Counted from the stretch's first letter, positions 1 to 9,636 are shown. The stretch is 32,000 nucleotides of DNA from Xylella taiwanensis (GCF_013177435.1 NZ_CP053627.1:2160001-2192000); one strand, 5' to 3'. Translations and numbers: made by a program. Notes: a model not told the origin generated them from the letters alone.

Positions 1-331
1 CGGTCGCCTGAGACTCGTCGCCACCGGTCGCACGGTAAAAGGAACGCACATCATCAATGTAGCCAATCGCGAAGAAATCGACACTGACATCCTTCTGTTC
101 AGCGGTGAAGTAACGTGCGGGCTCAGTGGCCATCACCTTGAAACGACGATCAAACACGCGCACCGACTCAACCAGCGGGATTTTGAAATGTAAACCTGGC
201 TCCAAGTCATAACGCACCACACGACCGAGATTGATGACCATCGCAGTCTGATCCTCGCGCACCACAAAGGTCGAGCTGAACAAACCAAGAAAGAACACAA
301 CCGTAACAACAATCCATAAGGAATTCTTCAT
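1..331 (-). CDS. hflC: HflC, FtsH protease modulator (N-terminal part; the 3' end runs off the window)
   Basis: Not in the ORF track because it reaches the window edge. My own translation of the minus strand from the ATG at 331..329 gives MKNSLWIVVTVVFFLGLFSSTFVVREDQTAMVINLGRVV..EPGLHFKIPLVESV...YRATGGDESQ. It has an N-terminal TM segment and SPFH/band-7 motifs (PGLHFKIP) as in E. coli HflC. The ATG overlaps the hflK stop (ATGA, 328-331). Confidence 0.85.
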   Translation of the reverse strand, partial: MKNSLWIVVTVVFFLGLFSSTFVVREDQTAMVINLGRVVRYDLEPGLHFKIPLVESVRVFDRRFKVMATEPARYFTAEQKDVSVDFFAIGYIDDVRSFYRATGGDESQAT

Positions 332-1467
332 AGGGCAGCTCCTTCACGGCCTGCAGGACGCGCAATGCGCTGCGGATTACGGATGTTCTCATTAGACGGC
401 TTGTTAAGAGAGTCGGGGATCAGTACATCCTGCGAAACCGGCGGCGTATTGCCCCCGCCCCCCTGAAGCGTGGCAGCCGGTAAGCGCGGCAGATCCGGCG
501 ATATCGGCACATAAATCAACTGACGGCCATCGGCACCGATCACCTTACGATTCTGTGTCAGCACCTGTTGCACTGTCTCCAGCCACAGACGTTTACGGGT
601 AACCTCAGGGGCGTTCTTGTACTGAGCCTGCAGAAGAGTGAAACGGTCAGCATCTCCCTGTGCACGTGCAATCACAGCCTGCTTATATCCATCAGCCGCC
701 GTGCGAGTACTGGCTGCGCGGCCACGGGCCTCAGGCACAACCTTGGCGGCATAGGCCTGAGCCTCATCAATAAGGCGCTCACGCACCTGCTGAGCACCAT
801 TAACCTCATCGAAAGCCGACTTCACTTCCTCCGGTGGGCGTGCGTCTGGCAAGGTCAAACCAGTGACCAACAGACCAGTACGGTAAGCATCCAGTGATGC
901 CTGCAGACGCTCTTTGGAGGCAGTAGACAAGGGACCACGATTATTGAGTACCGAGTTGAGATCGGATCGGCCCACTTGTTCACGGACCGCGCTTTGGGCA
1001 GCCTGCACCAGCACTTCGTTAGCATTACGCGAACCATACAAGTATAAGTGCGGGTCACTGATCTGGTACTGCACATTGAGCGTGACGTTCACAATGTTCT
1101 CGTCACGAGTCAACACCGGCACCTGCTTACCGAAGGTCTTAATTTCGGTGGCGTTGACCTTATGCACCGACTCCAAAGGCCACGGCCACTTGAGGCTCAA
1201 TCCCGGCTGCAACACCCTCACAAACTGACCAAAGCGTAACACCACACCACGCTGCTGCTCGCCAATTAACTGGACACTAGAGAAGAGCACGATTAAAACC
1301 ACCCCAATCAGCACCCAACTCAGGATACCCACCTCAAGTAAATCCTTAAGTGGCCCAGGTATCTTCCCAAAAACACCGCCATTGCCGCCGCCACGTAATG
1401 GCCCTGAGCCGCGATGTTGCGACTCCGAAGCATCTTTACCCTTGCTGCCAGGTATGTTCCAAGACAT
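328..1467 (-). CDS. hflK: HflK, FtsH protease modulator (SPFH/band-7 family)
   Basis: This is the 328..1506 ORF. I placed the start at the internal ATG at 1467 (MSWNIPGSKGKD...), which matches the typical HflK N-terminus (M.WN.PG). It has a Gly-rich linker, one TM segment and an SPFH domain (LTRDENIVNVTLNVQYQISDP), and it sits directly upstream of hflC. Confidence 0.9.
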   Translation of the reverse strand: MSWNIPGSKGKDASESQHRGSGPLRGGGNGGVFGKIPGPLKDLLEVGILSWVLIGVVLIVLFSSVQLIGEQQRGVVLRFGQFVRVLQPGLSLKWPWPLESVHKVNATEIKTFGKQVPVLTRDENIVNVTLNVQYQISDPHLYLYGSRNANEVLVQAAQSAVREQVGRSDLNSVLNNRGPLSTASKERLQASLDAYRTGLLVTGLTLPDARPPEEVKSAFDEVNGAQQVRERLIDEAQAYAAKVVPEARGRAASTRTAADGYKQAVIARAQGDADRFTLLQAQYKNAPEVTRKRLWLETVQQVLTQNRKVIGADGRQLIYVPISPDLPRLPAATLQGGGGNTPPVSQDVLIPDSLNKPSNENIRNPQRIARPAGREGAAL

Positions 1468-1597
1468 GCATACTCCATGATGGAAGGGCGGAGCGGGTAC
1501 TCCCACATTGCCGCCATAATGAATGAATTCTAGAATTGTACAAACGTATGGGGTAGATCGACAGTTTTAAAAGGTCTATCGTGGTACGGTCCGGTTT

Positions 1598-2608
1598 ATG
1601 CCAATCGCCGCAATATCCATCCCCGCCAAGTTCACCGCCTTCCGGATCCACCAAGACGATGCCGGCCATCGTGCTGGATTGGAAGCAACGGCCTTGGATC
1701 TGTTAACTCCAGGCGAAGTGGTAGTTCGCGCGTTATGGTCTTCTGTCAATTATAAAGACGCCCTAGCTGGTACCGGGCGAAGTAGGATCCTACACCGATT
1801 TCCGCTCACTGGGGGGATTGACGTGGCTGGATATGTGATCGCATCCACCGACCCAACCTTCAATGAAGGCGACGCTGTGATCGCCACCGGCTGTGGCCTG
1901 AGCGAGACCCTGGATGGTGGCTACAGCCAGTACGTACGATTGAAATCACAGACATTACTTCCACTCCCAGCCGGGCTGAGCCTACGTGAAGCAATGGTGA
2001 TAGGTACTGCCGGCTTCACCGCAGCACTGGTACTTCTACGCCTCACTGAAAACCATCAGACACCAGCATTAGGTCCTCTCGTGGTCACCGGAGCCACCGG
2101 CGGGGTTGGCATGTTGGCTTTGGACATCTTCAGTGGTGCTGGTTTTGAGGTGTACGCAGTCAGTAGCAAGGTCAAGCACGCAGCATTCCTGCGCGAAATC
2201 GGCGCCACGCAAGTACTTCCCCGAGAAGTACTATTGACCGACAAACCGCTAGCCTCAGCGCACTATGGCGGCGGTCTAGACAACGTTGGCGGGCCACTAC
2301 TCGCCGGATTACTGGCGCAAACCGTACCGTACGGCAACATCGCTACGGTTGGGCTCGCAGCAAGCCCAACGCTAAACACGACAGTAATGCCCTTTATCCT
2401 ACGCGGTGTATCTCTACTAGGAATCGGAGCGTCAGGCACCGCACGCAATATCCGCGAGCAAATCTGGGGAAGGTTAGCCGGCATATGGCGCCCACGTCAC
2501 CTTGAGCAGATCTGCACACAGGAAGTTGGGCTGGATGGGTTGACACAGGTGTTCGAGACGATGCTGGCAGGCGGATCGTTCGGACGTACTGTGGTACGTA
2601 TCGAATAG
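1598..2608 (+). CDS. acuI: YhdH/AcuI-family NADPH-dependent quinone oxidoreductase / acrylyl-CoA reductase (MDR superfamily)
   Basis: 336-aa ORF with WSSVNYKDALAGTG, GTAGFTAAL, VTGATGGVG (Rossmann motif) and TVMPFILRGVSLLGI. It appears colinear with E. coli YhdH as I recall it. Confidence 0.85.
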   Translation: MPIAAISIPAKFTAFRIHQDDAGHRAGLEATALDLLTPGEVVVRALWSSVNYKDALAGTGRSRILHRFPLTGGIDVAGYVIASTDPTFNEGDAVIATGCGLSETLDGGYSQYVRLKSQTLLPLPAGLSLREAMVIGTAGFTAALVLLRLTENHQTPALGPLVVTGATGGVGMLALDIFSGAGFEVYAVSSKVKHAAFLREIGATQVLPREVLLTDKPLASAHYGGGLDNVGGPLLAGLLAQTVPYGNIATVGLAASPTLNTTVMPFILRGVSLLGIGASGTARNIREQIWGRLAGIWRPRHLEQICTQEVGLDGLTQVFETMLAGGSFGRTVVRIE

Positions 2609-2688
2609 GATAATCCTTGCCATGTGCCCGCCAGTATGCGCCACCCTTCCAGGTACCCCTATGTACGCACTACACTGCTGAGGCAGAC

Positions 2689-3087
2689 ATGGGGAAAAGT
2701 ATGGCACGCATTTTGATCGTCGACGATTCACCGTCACAACTACTCAGCATTCAAAGAATCGTCGAAAAGCTAGGACACGAGACCATTACCGCAACCGATG
2801 GCACCACCGGGGTAGAGGCCGCTAAAGCGCACTTACCAGATCTGGTACTGATGGACGTGGTCATGCCTAAAATTAATGGGTTTCAAGCCACACGTACACT
2901 CAAGCGCGAGCCGACAACCCAACATGTACCAGTGGTCCTCGTGACCACCAAGGACCAAGACACTGATCGGCTATGGGGCATACGCCAAGGCGCGCGAGCC
3001 TACATCACTAAGCCTTTCTCAGAGAACGAATTGCTAGAAGTAATGGAAAGGATATTCAGCCAACAGAAAGCAAAAGCTACCGAGTAA
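2689..3087 (+). CDS. Single-domain CheY-like response regulator, PilH-like (the alternative start at 2701, MARILIVDD, is equally plausible)
   Basis: MARILIVDDSP...DLVLMDVVMPKINGFQATR...VVLVTTKDQDTDRLWGIRQGARAYITKP closely resembles P. aeruginosa PilH (recalled from memory). It has only a receiver domain and no output domain. SD-like GAGG/GGGGA motifs lie upstream of both candidate ATGs. The upstream part of the 2617 ORF is probably not translated. Confidence 0.85.
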   Translation: MGKSMARILIVDDSPSQLLSIQRIVEKLGHETITATDGTTGVEAAKAHLPDLVLMDVVMPKINGFQATRTLKREPTTQHVPVVLVTTKDQDTDRLWGIRQGARAYITKPFSENELLEVMERIFSQQKAKATE

Positions 3088-3599
3088 GGCAACAAGCATG
3101 ACTAAAAACAGGACCAGCAGCATAATTGTGGCTATCCTCTGCCTCCCGTCGACAACTAAAGAATTTTTCTGTCATACCTTAGCCTCAGGTAGCGCGACTG
3201 AGTTTATGAGCCAGCGCCAATGTGACTAAAACAGGATGAGAAACTTAATGGAATTAATCACACGACAAACGTAATGAATGGTCCTACCCCGGATCAGTTC
3301 AGCCCATTTTATAGAAACAAACCCCACTACATGCAAAATCATAACGACCAATGCCTCTAAAGTTTTCGAAAGCGTTACAGGCGCAATCCCACATCACATC
3401 GTAGAGTGAGCGAAGCCCGCGCATAACGCTCAGCCTCTCTCCAGCCTTTGGGCTATCCAGCTGCGAAGTGGAATCTCACACTGGAAACTCAGCAACAACG
3501 GCCGTTGCATGAATCCTAATACTCAAATCCACCCTAAAGTTGGGTCTGATAAGCGGCAGGACCCCCTTAATCACTATGCGTATCCGCCCGGACAGATGG

Positions 3600-4408
3600 G
3601 CAAATCAATCATCGCATCCGTATGATCTAACTCTTGATGCAACATCTGATCAATTTCTATACGCCAGAGAAATTCCAGCACGAGAATCATTTGCCTAAAT
3701 GCTCTGGAAAATCACCTCAGAGGATGCCAGCACCGCTTCAACGAACGGCCCATTGTCATGTGCAATCACAACACCATGACTGCGACTCTCAAAAACACGG
3801 GACACCAGAACATTGGTCGATCATCCACCTGAGAGAACGTTGCCTGCTGCAACATGACCTAACGCAATATAAGCACGTCACAACCACCCCAAAAACTCAT
3901 CGCTACGATCACAATCCAGGCACACGGGCCGGGTGCGATTCACACGGCTCTACTACTCTAGTCATCTTCCATAAAGCACTAGACCGCTTCCGGATCATCA
4001 CTGTGCAAGTTCACATATACAGAAATATTAATGTCAGCAAGGCTATCGACCACCGAACCAGTCAAACATAGCTGGAATATCTCAAACAATTCCATCGCAG
4101 GAAGCGAGCTTCGTTGCCCCAACGTAAATTCTCGACACTCGCTGACACGCACGCTATGCGCCCTCAACATCACGGCAACGAAGCATCATCGGAATATCAA
4201 TCCTGTTCGCAACATTAAACTTAGCATAGCGAAAATCACGAATGCTGCTTTCGACCATGACACAAGCAACTTCGTGCATGAGCCAATATAGGCGTTCGCG
4301 AGTCCAATACTCAAGGTACTGACAGACGCGATGGATAACCCAGGCTACCCTATACAAATACCTAGGGAGACTGTACAGCAATTCGATGCAAGAACAACAA
4401 ACCGCCAA
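3600..4408 (-). pseudogene. Possible decayed gene remnant of an unidentified family: a chain of short minus-strand ORF fragments in shifting frames
   Basis: Track ORFs 4154..4408 (TTG start) and 3979..4173 abut in different frames. My own translation further downstream gives protein-like fragments (..VLVSRVFESRSHGVVIAHDNGPFVEAVLASSEVIFQSI*, then in another frame ..AFRQMILVLEFLWRIEIDQMLHQELDHTDAMIDLPICPGGYA*). I recognised no family and found no intact start or RBS. Confidence 0.25.
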
Positions 4409-4422
4409 GCGGCATCACAACA

Positions 4423-4773
4423 TCACTCTCTGAACATCAACAGGGCCGCAATCAGAATAAGGCTAAAGGCAGCCCAGTGATTCCAACGCAGCGGTTGACC
4501 CAAATAAAACGTCGAGAAACCAGCAAATACCAATAGAGTAATCACCTCCTGCATACCCTTCAGCTGTGCGGGCGAATAAACAGCACTGCCAAGGCGGTTA
4601 CCCGGCACCTGAAGACAGTATTCAAAGAAAGCGATACCCCAACTCACAAAAATTACGGTAACCAACGAAACGCTCTTGTACTTGAGATGACCATACCAAG
4701 CGAAAGTCATAAAGACGTTACTAGCGATCAACAATAGCACTGGATATAGATAAACAGTGAAGGGAGTCAACAT
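4423..4773 (-). CDS. DMT-superfamily small membrane protein (DUF486 family)
   Basis: Part of the 4423..4815 ORF. I placed the start at the ATG at 4773 (MLTPFTVYLYPVLLLIASNVFMTFAWYGHLKY...). The FMTFAWYGHLK motif and four hydrophobic segments are typical of DUF486 proteins of about 115 aa. Confidence 0.8.
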   Translation of the reverse strand: MLTPFTVYLYPVLLLIASNVFMTFAWYGHLKYKSVSLVTVIFVSWGIAFFEYCLQVPGNRLGSAVYSPAQLKGMQEVITLLVFAGFSTFYLGQPLRWNHWAAFSLILIAALLMFRE

Positions 4774-6020
4774 GACATATAAAGATGCAAAGTTAAAGTA
4801 CACAAAGTAGGACATGCTCTGAAAGCACGTTCAACGTTTCTGGAACAGCATCATACCAATGAGTCACTCAAATATTTAAAACACTCCACTCAGGACAACC
4901 ATCGAGCCTGAAAAATCTCAATGGACCTGCAAATCATTGTGGCCATGAAAACATATCAACCAAATCACCTTACCTGGAAGAGCATCTGAACATCAGTTCT
5001 GCGACAACCTGAAGCCATCTAAGAAAATATGATCAACAGGGCATCCGATCCCACACAACCGTTTTTCTCATGGTAATCATAGGCCATTTCGCATGTTTGG
5101 ATAATGACCTTAAAAAAACCAATTCATGATCTTCGAAAAACTCTGAAAACAAGCTGCACCAAGAGATAAAAATAAAGAGATCAACATACCTAGTAGCTAA
5201 ATAACACACTTGCCTATGGATACTCGATGTATGCATCCGATAACACAACAGCAATTTACATGACTGAATCTGTTTCGGAGATAGTTGGCAAAGACTACCC
5301 ATGAACGCAACTAAACGGAGCACACCGGAATATCCCCGATAGAAAAACAACGTCCCGCATCCACCACCACACCCCAAACAAGCATCACGATGAAAATATA
5401 AGCAAAGCGAAGATCTTGGCAGCACCCACCCTTTCATAGAATTTTTACAGTGGAATCACATGAACCAAGCAATTACAACGTCGAAGCATAACCTGACAAC
5501 TCCATTACATAATGACGATTATGAAGCTTGGACATCGGGCTCAAAAACTAAACCGAATGCAGCATTGTATACATAGAAAATCAAGTACTTCACCTGAGAA
5601 CAATGGCATTCAATACACACCAAACAAAGAAAGAATGTAGATCCAATTATCAAATACGCGAAAGAAACACTGAATACCACAGAACGTGCTTGATTCGAAA
5701 GAATCTTAAATCAATGTTTTTTTAATGGTATATGGGAAAATCTCCCCATTAATGAAGCTGGCTAATCGCCGATACGTATCAACAGTTCTCTCATATCCGT
5801 TAACACATCACATGAACTATAGAAGACACTCCGAATGGTCTCCAAGGTGACCCCTATGGATCGCCAAAGGAGGAAGCAAAAGACCTATGAGGATATGAAA
5901 TCGATAATATCTCTACTGAATTTCTGCTTGTACGCACACCTAACAAAAGTAATTACTATCTCCAGCATTTGGCAAAGAATCTTTGATTTATCCAAAAAGC
6001 ATTAAAAACCTGAGAAACCA

Positions 6021-6398
6021 TCACCTTTTTTTGATTAAGAAATCCTCAACCTTTTTTCCGGAAGCAACCAACTCCGTCAACCAACGCGGCCGCTTACCAC
6101 GCCCAACCCAAATCTCATTTTTATTTGATGGATTACGATACTTTGCTGAAACTTTGGCAAGCTTACGTTCTTCCGTCTTCGGCAACTTCTTAGTGGTGCT
6201 CACCTTCCGGCTACGGCCACTCGGCGCCTTAGCAAACAACTCCTCAATGGTATAACCGTTGACCTTAGCAGCCTTGATCAGCGCTGTACGAACCTTATCA
6301 ATTGAAGCGCGTTTAGTAACAACACTGTGCTGTTTCTGAGCAGCTTTAATCAAAATGCTCAATTGTTTGGCCGATAGGTCAGTAAGATCAATGGACAT
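6021..6398 (-). CDS. H-NS-like nucleoid-associated DNA-binding protein
   Basis: Part of the 6021..6437 ORF. The start is the ATG at 6398 (MSIDLTDLSAKQL...), preceded by GGAG 5 nt upstream. It has an N-terminal coiled-coil-like region, a basic linker and a C-terminal H-NS DNA-binding signature (KYRNPSNKNEIWVGRGKRPRWL). AT-rich DNA surrounds it. Confidence 0.85.
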   Translation of the reverse strand: MSIDLTDLSAKQLSILIKAAQKQHSVVTKRASIDKVRTALIKAAKVNGYTIEELFAKAPSGRSRKVSTTKKLPKTEERKLAKVSAKYRNPSNKNEIWVGRGKRPRWLTELVASGKKVEDFLIKKR

Positions 6399-6465
6399 CT
6401 CGACTCCGAAAAAATAATATAGGATTTTTTTAAGCAAAAAAATTTATGTGCTTAACATCCAGGTC

Positions 6466-6494
6466 ATTATAATCACTCGGTTTGAAACTGACAA
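6466..6494 (-). promoter_or_regulatory. Sigma-70-type promoter for the H-NS-like gene: -35 TTGTCA, 17-nt spacer, -10 TATAAT
   Basis: On the minus strand the sequence reads TTGTCA (6494..6489), then 17 nt, then TATAAT (6471..6466), about 70 nt upstream of the ATG at 6398. It lies immediately downstream of the proS stop. Confidence 0.5.
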
Positions 6495-6546
6495 ACACAC
6501 AACAAAACTTACAATGGAACGTTCATATTTCAATAACACAAATCAA

Positions 6547-8241
6547 TCAGGGTTTTATTCGCGCCAACAATGTCGCCTTGTCTAAATTCTCAACCATTGC
6601 AGCGCGGCGTGCGCGATATTCATAAGTCCCAGCAGCCAATCCACGCTCAGAAACCACGATGCGGTGAGGAATACCGATTAATTCAATGTCCGCGAACATC
6701 ACGCCAGGACGCAAACCACGATCATCCAATACTGTATCAACATCGGCAAACTGCAACTCGGTAAGGAGCGCCTCTGCGGCAGTGGCGATCACCGGATCTT
6801 TTTTCGGATTAATCACACAGATCGCCACCTGCCATGGTGCCATCGGAACTGGCCAAATGATGCCAGAGACATCATGGTTCTGTTCGATTGCGGCAGCAAC
6901 GATCCGTGACACACCGATGCCATAACAACCCATCGTCATGGTTGCAGCTTTACCATGTTCATCCAACACAGTCGCGTTCATTGCTTCAGCATACTTACGG
7001 CCAAGCTGGAACACGTGACCAACTTCGATACCACGAGCAATACAGATCTTCCCACCATCGACAGCACGATCCCCTTCGATGACATTGCGAATGTCAGCCA
7101 CAGTCTCCGGCTCAGGTAAGTCTCGGCCCCAATTAACCCCAACCAAATGAAAGCCAGCCTCGTTAGCACCGACCACGAAATCGACCATCACTGCGACCTC
7201 ACAATCGGCAATGATGCGGATCGGCATGCAGGGGTCAACCGGACCAAGAAACCCGGGCTCACTGCCCAGATGCATGGCAATCTCGACCTCATTAGCCAAA
7301 CGAAAATTGAGCAGACCTGGTAGCTTGCTCAGCTTGATATCGTTGAGCGTATGATCACCACGCAACAAGACCAACACAAAACCGCTCTCGGTCATCACCG
7401 CGATTGACTTCACCATACGCTGCAGTGGAAGCTCCAATAGTGCAGCCACATCCTCGCAACGTTTCTGAGTCGGAGTGCTGACTTTGTGCAACGTTTCCTT
7501 TGCGGCCAAGCGCGGACCAGGCGCAGCAGCGATTGCAGCCTCAACATTGGCTGCATAATCCGATCCTGTGGAGAAGGCCAGTATATCTTCTCCAGAATCG
7601 GCAATCACGTGAAACTCCTGCGAGGCATCACCGCCAATCGAACCAGAATCGGCCTGTACTGCACGGAACTCCAGACCCAAACGGGTAAAAATACGTGTAT
7701 AAGCGGCCTTCATATTTTCGTACTCGTGTACCAAATCGACATCGTGCAGATGGAATGAATAGGCATCTTTCATCACAAATTCGCGCGCACGCATCACACC
7801 GAAGCGGGGCCTAATCTCATCACGGAATTTAGTCTGGATTTGGTAAAGATTGACGGGTAGCTGTTTATAACTGGTCAATTCCTGTCGTACGTAATCAGTC
7901 ACTGCCTCTTCTGCCGTGGGGCTGTAACAGTAGTCGGCCTGTTTACGATCCTTGATCTTGAGCAACTGGCCACCGAACTTCTCCCAGCGTCCGGATTCTT
8001 CCCACAATTCGCGGGGCTGGATTGTCGGTAATAACATTTCTACCGCCCCGGCACGATCCATCTCCTCACGCACGATTGCTTCCACTTTACGTAGAACACG
8101 CAACCCCAACGGCGACCATGTATATAGACCAGAAGCCAGCTTGCGAATCATACCGGCACGCAGCATCAGCCGGTGACTGACCAACTCAGCATCAGCGGGG
8201 ATTTCCCTTGTGGTATGCAGATGAAACTCAGACAAACGCAT
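6547..8241 (-). CDS. proS: Proline--tRNA ligase (bacterial type with INS editing domain)
   Basis: Part of the 6547..8352 ORF. The start is the ATG at 8241 ([42 protein letters not shown]), the canonical ProRS N-terminus. About 564 aa with class II motifs throughout. Confidence 0.95.
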   Translation of the reverse strand: MRLSEFHLHTTREIPADAELVSHRLMLRAGMIRKLASGLYTWSPLGLRVLRKVEAIVREEMDRAGAVEMLLPTIQPRELWEESGRWEKFGGQLLKIKDRKQADYCYSPTAEEAVTDYVRQELTSYKQLPVNLYQIQTKFRDEIRPRFGVMRAREFVMKDAYSFHLHDVDLVHEYENMKAAYTRIFTRLGLEFRAVQADSGSIGGDASQEFHVIADSGEDILAFSTGSDYAANVEAAIAAAPGPRLAAKETLHKVSTPTQKRCEDVAALLELPLQRMVKSIAVMTESGFVLVLLRGDHTLNDIKLSKLPGLLNFRLANEVEIAMHLGSEPGFLGPVDPCMPIRIIADCEVAVMVDFVVGANEAGFHLVGVNWGRDLPEPETVADIRNVIEGDRAVDGGKICIARGIEVGHVFQLGRKYAEAMNATVLDEHGKAATMTMGCYGIGVSRIVAAAIEQNHDVSGIIWPVPMAPWQVAICVINPKKDPVIATAAEALLTELQFADVDTVLDDRGLRPGVMFADIELIGIPHRIVVSERGLAAGTYEYRARRAAMVENLDKATLLARIKP

Positions 8242-8333
8242 CGAAAAGCTTCCCAAGAAGCAGAAATCCCATATTCTGCCAGCCCTTCCTAAGCAGCAGG
8301 CAAACCAAGTCACATAATAGGGAGTACTCAGTG

Positions 8334-8705
8334 CTACAACACAGCCGTGCAATTAGCCTTAATCGCAGCCTCGGCCACAGCCTTCTGAGCCGCACGCTGA
8401 GTATCGTCCAGCGGAGTATCTGGCTTGCCATCACCGTTTGAATCCAGCATCAACTTACCACTACCACTGAGCAATTCCAGATTCTTACGTGCGTTAATGC
8501 AGGCCGAACTCTCAACTGAAGCCGCTTGGCTGGTGAGAGCTGTGTCGCCACGATTACTAACATGCATGGTTTCGAAAGACTGCCCCTGTTGCGGGGGAGT
8601 CCCCGAATAATGGGAAACCCCATTGCGGTCCTTCCATTTATACAATGTGCCAGCACTGACACTTATACTGACGAGTAACAGACAGCAGACGGCAAGTCGT
8701 TTCAT
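8334..8705 (-). CDS. DUF4124-domain secreted protein (signal peptide)
   Basis: Part of the 8334..8726 ORF. The likely start is [19 protein letters not shown] (signal peptide) with GGAG upstream. This is followed by [18 protein letters not shown], typical of DUF4124. Confidence 0.7.
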   Translation of the reverse strand: MKRLAVCCLLLVSISVSAGTLYKWKDRNGVSHYSGTPPQQGQSFETMHVSNRGDTALTSQAASVESSACINARKNLELLSGSGKLMLDSNGDGKPDTPLDDTQRAAQKAVAEAAIKANCTAVL

Positions 8706-8865
8706 TACCTTGGTCTCCATAAACATCTAGGGTGGGATTGCAGCACTTGCAAGCATGGCTGGCAAGTCATCGCCGTGGAGCGCCGTGATCTGTCAAATGT
8801 TTACGAGAAAAGTACGGCGTACCGACAGCTTACCCTCAGGATGACACACGCCCTACACTGTGCAT

Positions 8866-9636
8866 ATGAACAAGATACGATCTATAGCGGGTTCACGCAC
8901 GATCTACCTGCTACCTAACCTACTTACCACCGTCGGTTTATTTTCCGGATTTTACGCAATCATTGCTGCAACCAACGGCCAGTTCGCCGACGCCAGCATC
9001 GCCGTATTTATTGCGGCATTAATGGACGGCTTGGACGGCCGCGTCGCACGCATGACTGGCACAAGCAGCGAATTCGGCGTGCAGTACGACTCTCTCGCCG
9101 ACCTGGTCAGCTTCGGCATAGCACCTGCACTGGTGATGTACCACTGGTCGCTATCAACACTGAAACTCGACAGCAACGTGATGGGCCGGGTTGGTTGGGC
9201 AGCCGCATTTCTGTATACAGCCTGCGCGGCACTACGTTTAGCACGCTTCAATACCCAGGTCGAAATGGTCGACAAGCGTTGGTTCGTCGGCCTCGCCAGC
9301 CCAGCTGCGGCTGGATTGATGATGTCCTTTATCTTTGCATTTTCCGACGGCAAGTTGGGCTGGAGCGGAGAGGATCTGCGCTACATCACACTCAGCGTGA
9401 CTATCGTCGCAGCACTACTGATGGTCAGTCGAATCCTGTTTTGGAGCTTCAAGGGGAATGCAAGTGATCCGCGATCAAACAATATCCCGTTCCTGGCACT
9501 GGCCCCCATCTTACTGGCATTGATGATGATCGACCCACAACGGGTGTTACTGACAATCGTTGTGCTATACACACTGTCCGGGCCAATACTGTGGCTGTGG
9601 CGACGCCGATACAAGAAGAGAGCCGAAACGAAATGA
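8866..9636 (+). CDS. pssA: CDP-diacylglycerol--serine O-phosphatidyltransferase (CDP-alcohol phosphatidyltransferase family)
   Basis: It carries the motif DGLDGRVARMTGTSSEFGVQYDSLADLVSFG, which fits DG(x)2AR(x)8G(x)3D(x)3D, and has multiple TM segments. I chose the ATG at 8866; a GTG at 8860 is also in frame. Confidence 0.9.
   Translation: MNKIRSIAGSRTIYLLPNLLTTVGLFSGFYAIIAATNGQFADASIAVFIAALMDGLDGRVARMTGTSSEFGVQYDSLADLVSFGIAPALVMYHWSLSTLKLDSNVMGRVGWAAAFLYTACAALRLARFNTQVEMVDKRWFVGLASPAAAGLMMSFIFAFSDGKLGWSGEDLRYITLSVTIVAALLMVSRILFWSFKGNASDPRSNNIPFLALAPILLALMMIDPQRVLLTIVVLYTLSGPILWLWRRRYKKRAETK

Noticed and set aside
1468-1597. hflK-hflC not preceded by hfq-hflX, unlike the E. coli miaA-hfq-hflX-hflK-hflC cluster.
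   Set aside because: This is a gene-order difference only. It is common outside enterics and not informative by itself.
3634-4071. 145-aa plus-strand ORF in the 3.1-4.4 kb stretch.
   Set aside because: Its H/T/Q/P-rich composition mirrors the CA-rich plus strand of non-coding DNA. It has no SD and no recognisable motif, and protein-like fragments are seen on the opposite strand instead.
5033-5437. 134-aa minus-strand ORF in the AT-rich block.
   Set aside because: It has about 12 Cys, no SD, no family resemblance and an implausible composition. It is probably a chance ORF.
8242-8352. N-terminal extensions implied by the longest-ORF calls: proS to 8352, folB to 17835, rpsU from 18995, the YqeY gene from 19370, hflK to 1506, the H-NS-like gene to 6437 and the DUF486 gene to 4815.
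   Set aside because: In each case an internal ATG reproduces the canonical family N-terminus and has a better SD. The extensions would overlap neighbouring genes or add sequence not seen in the family.
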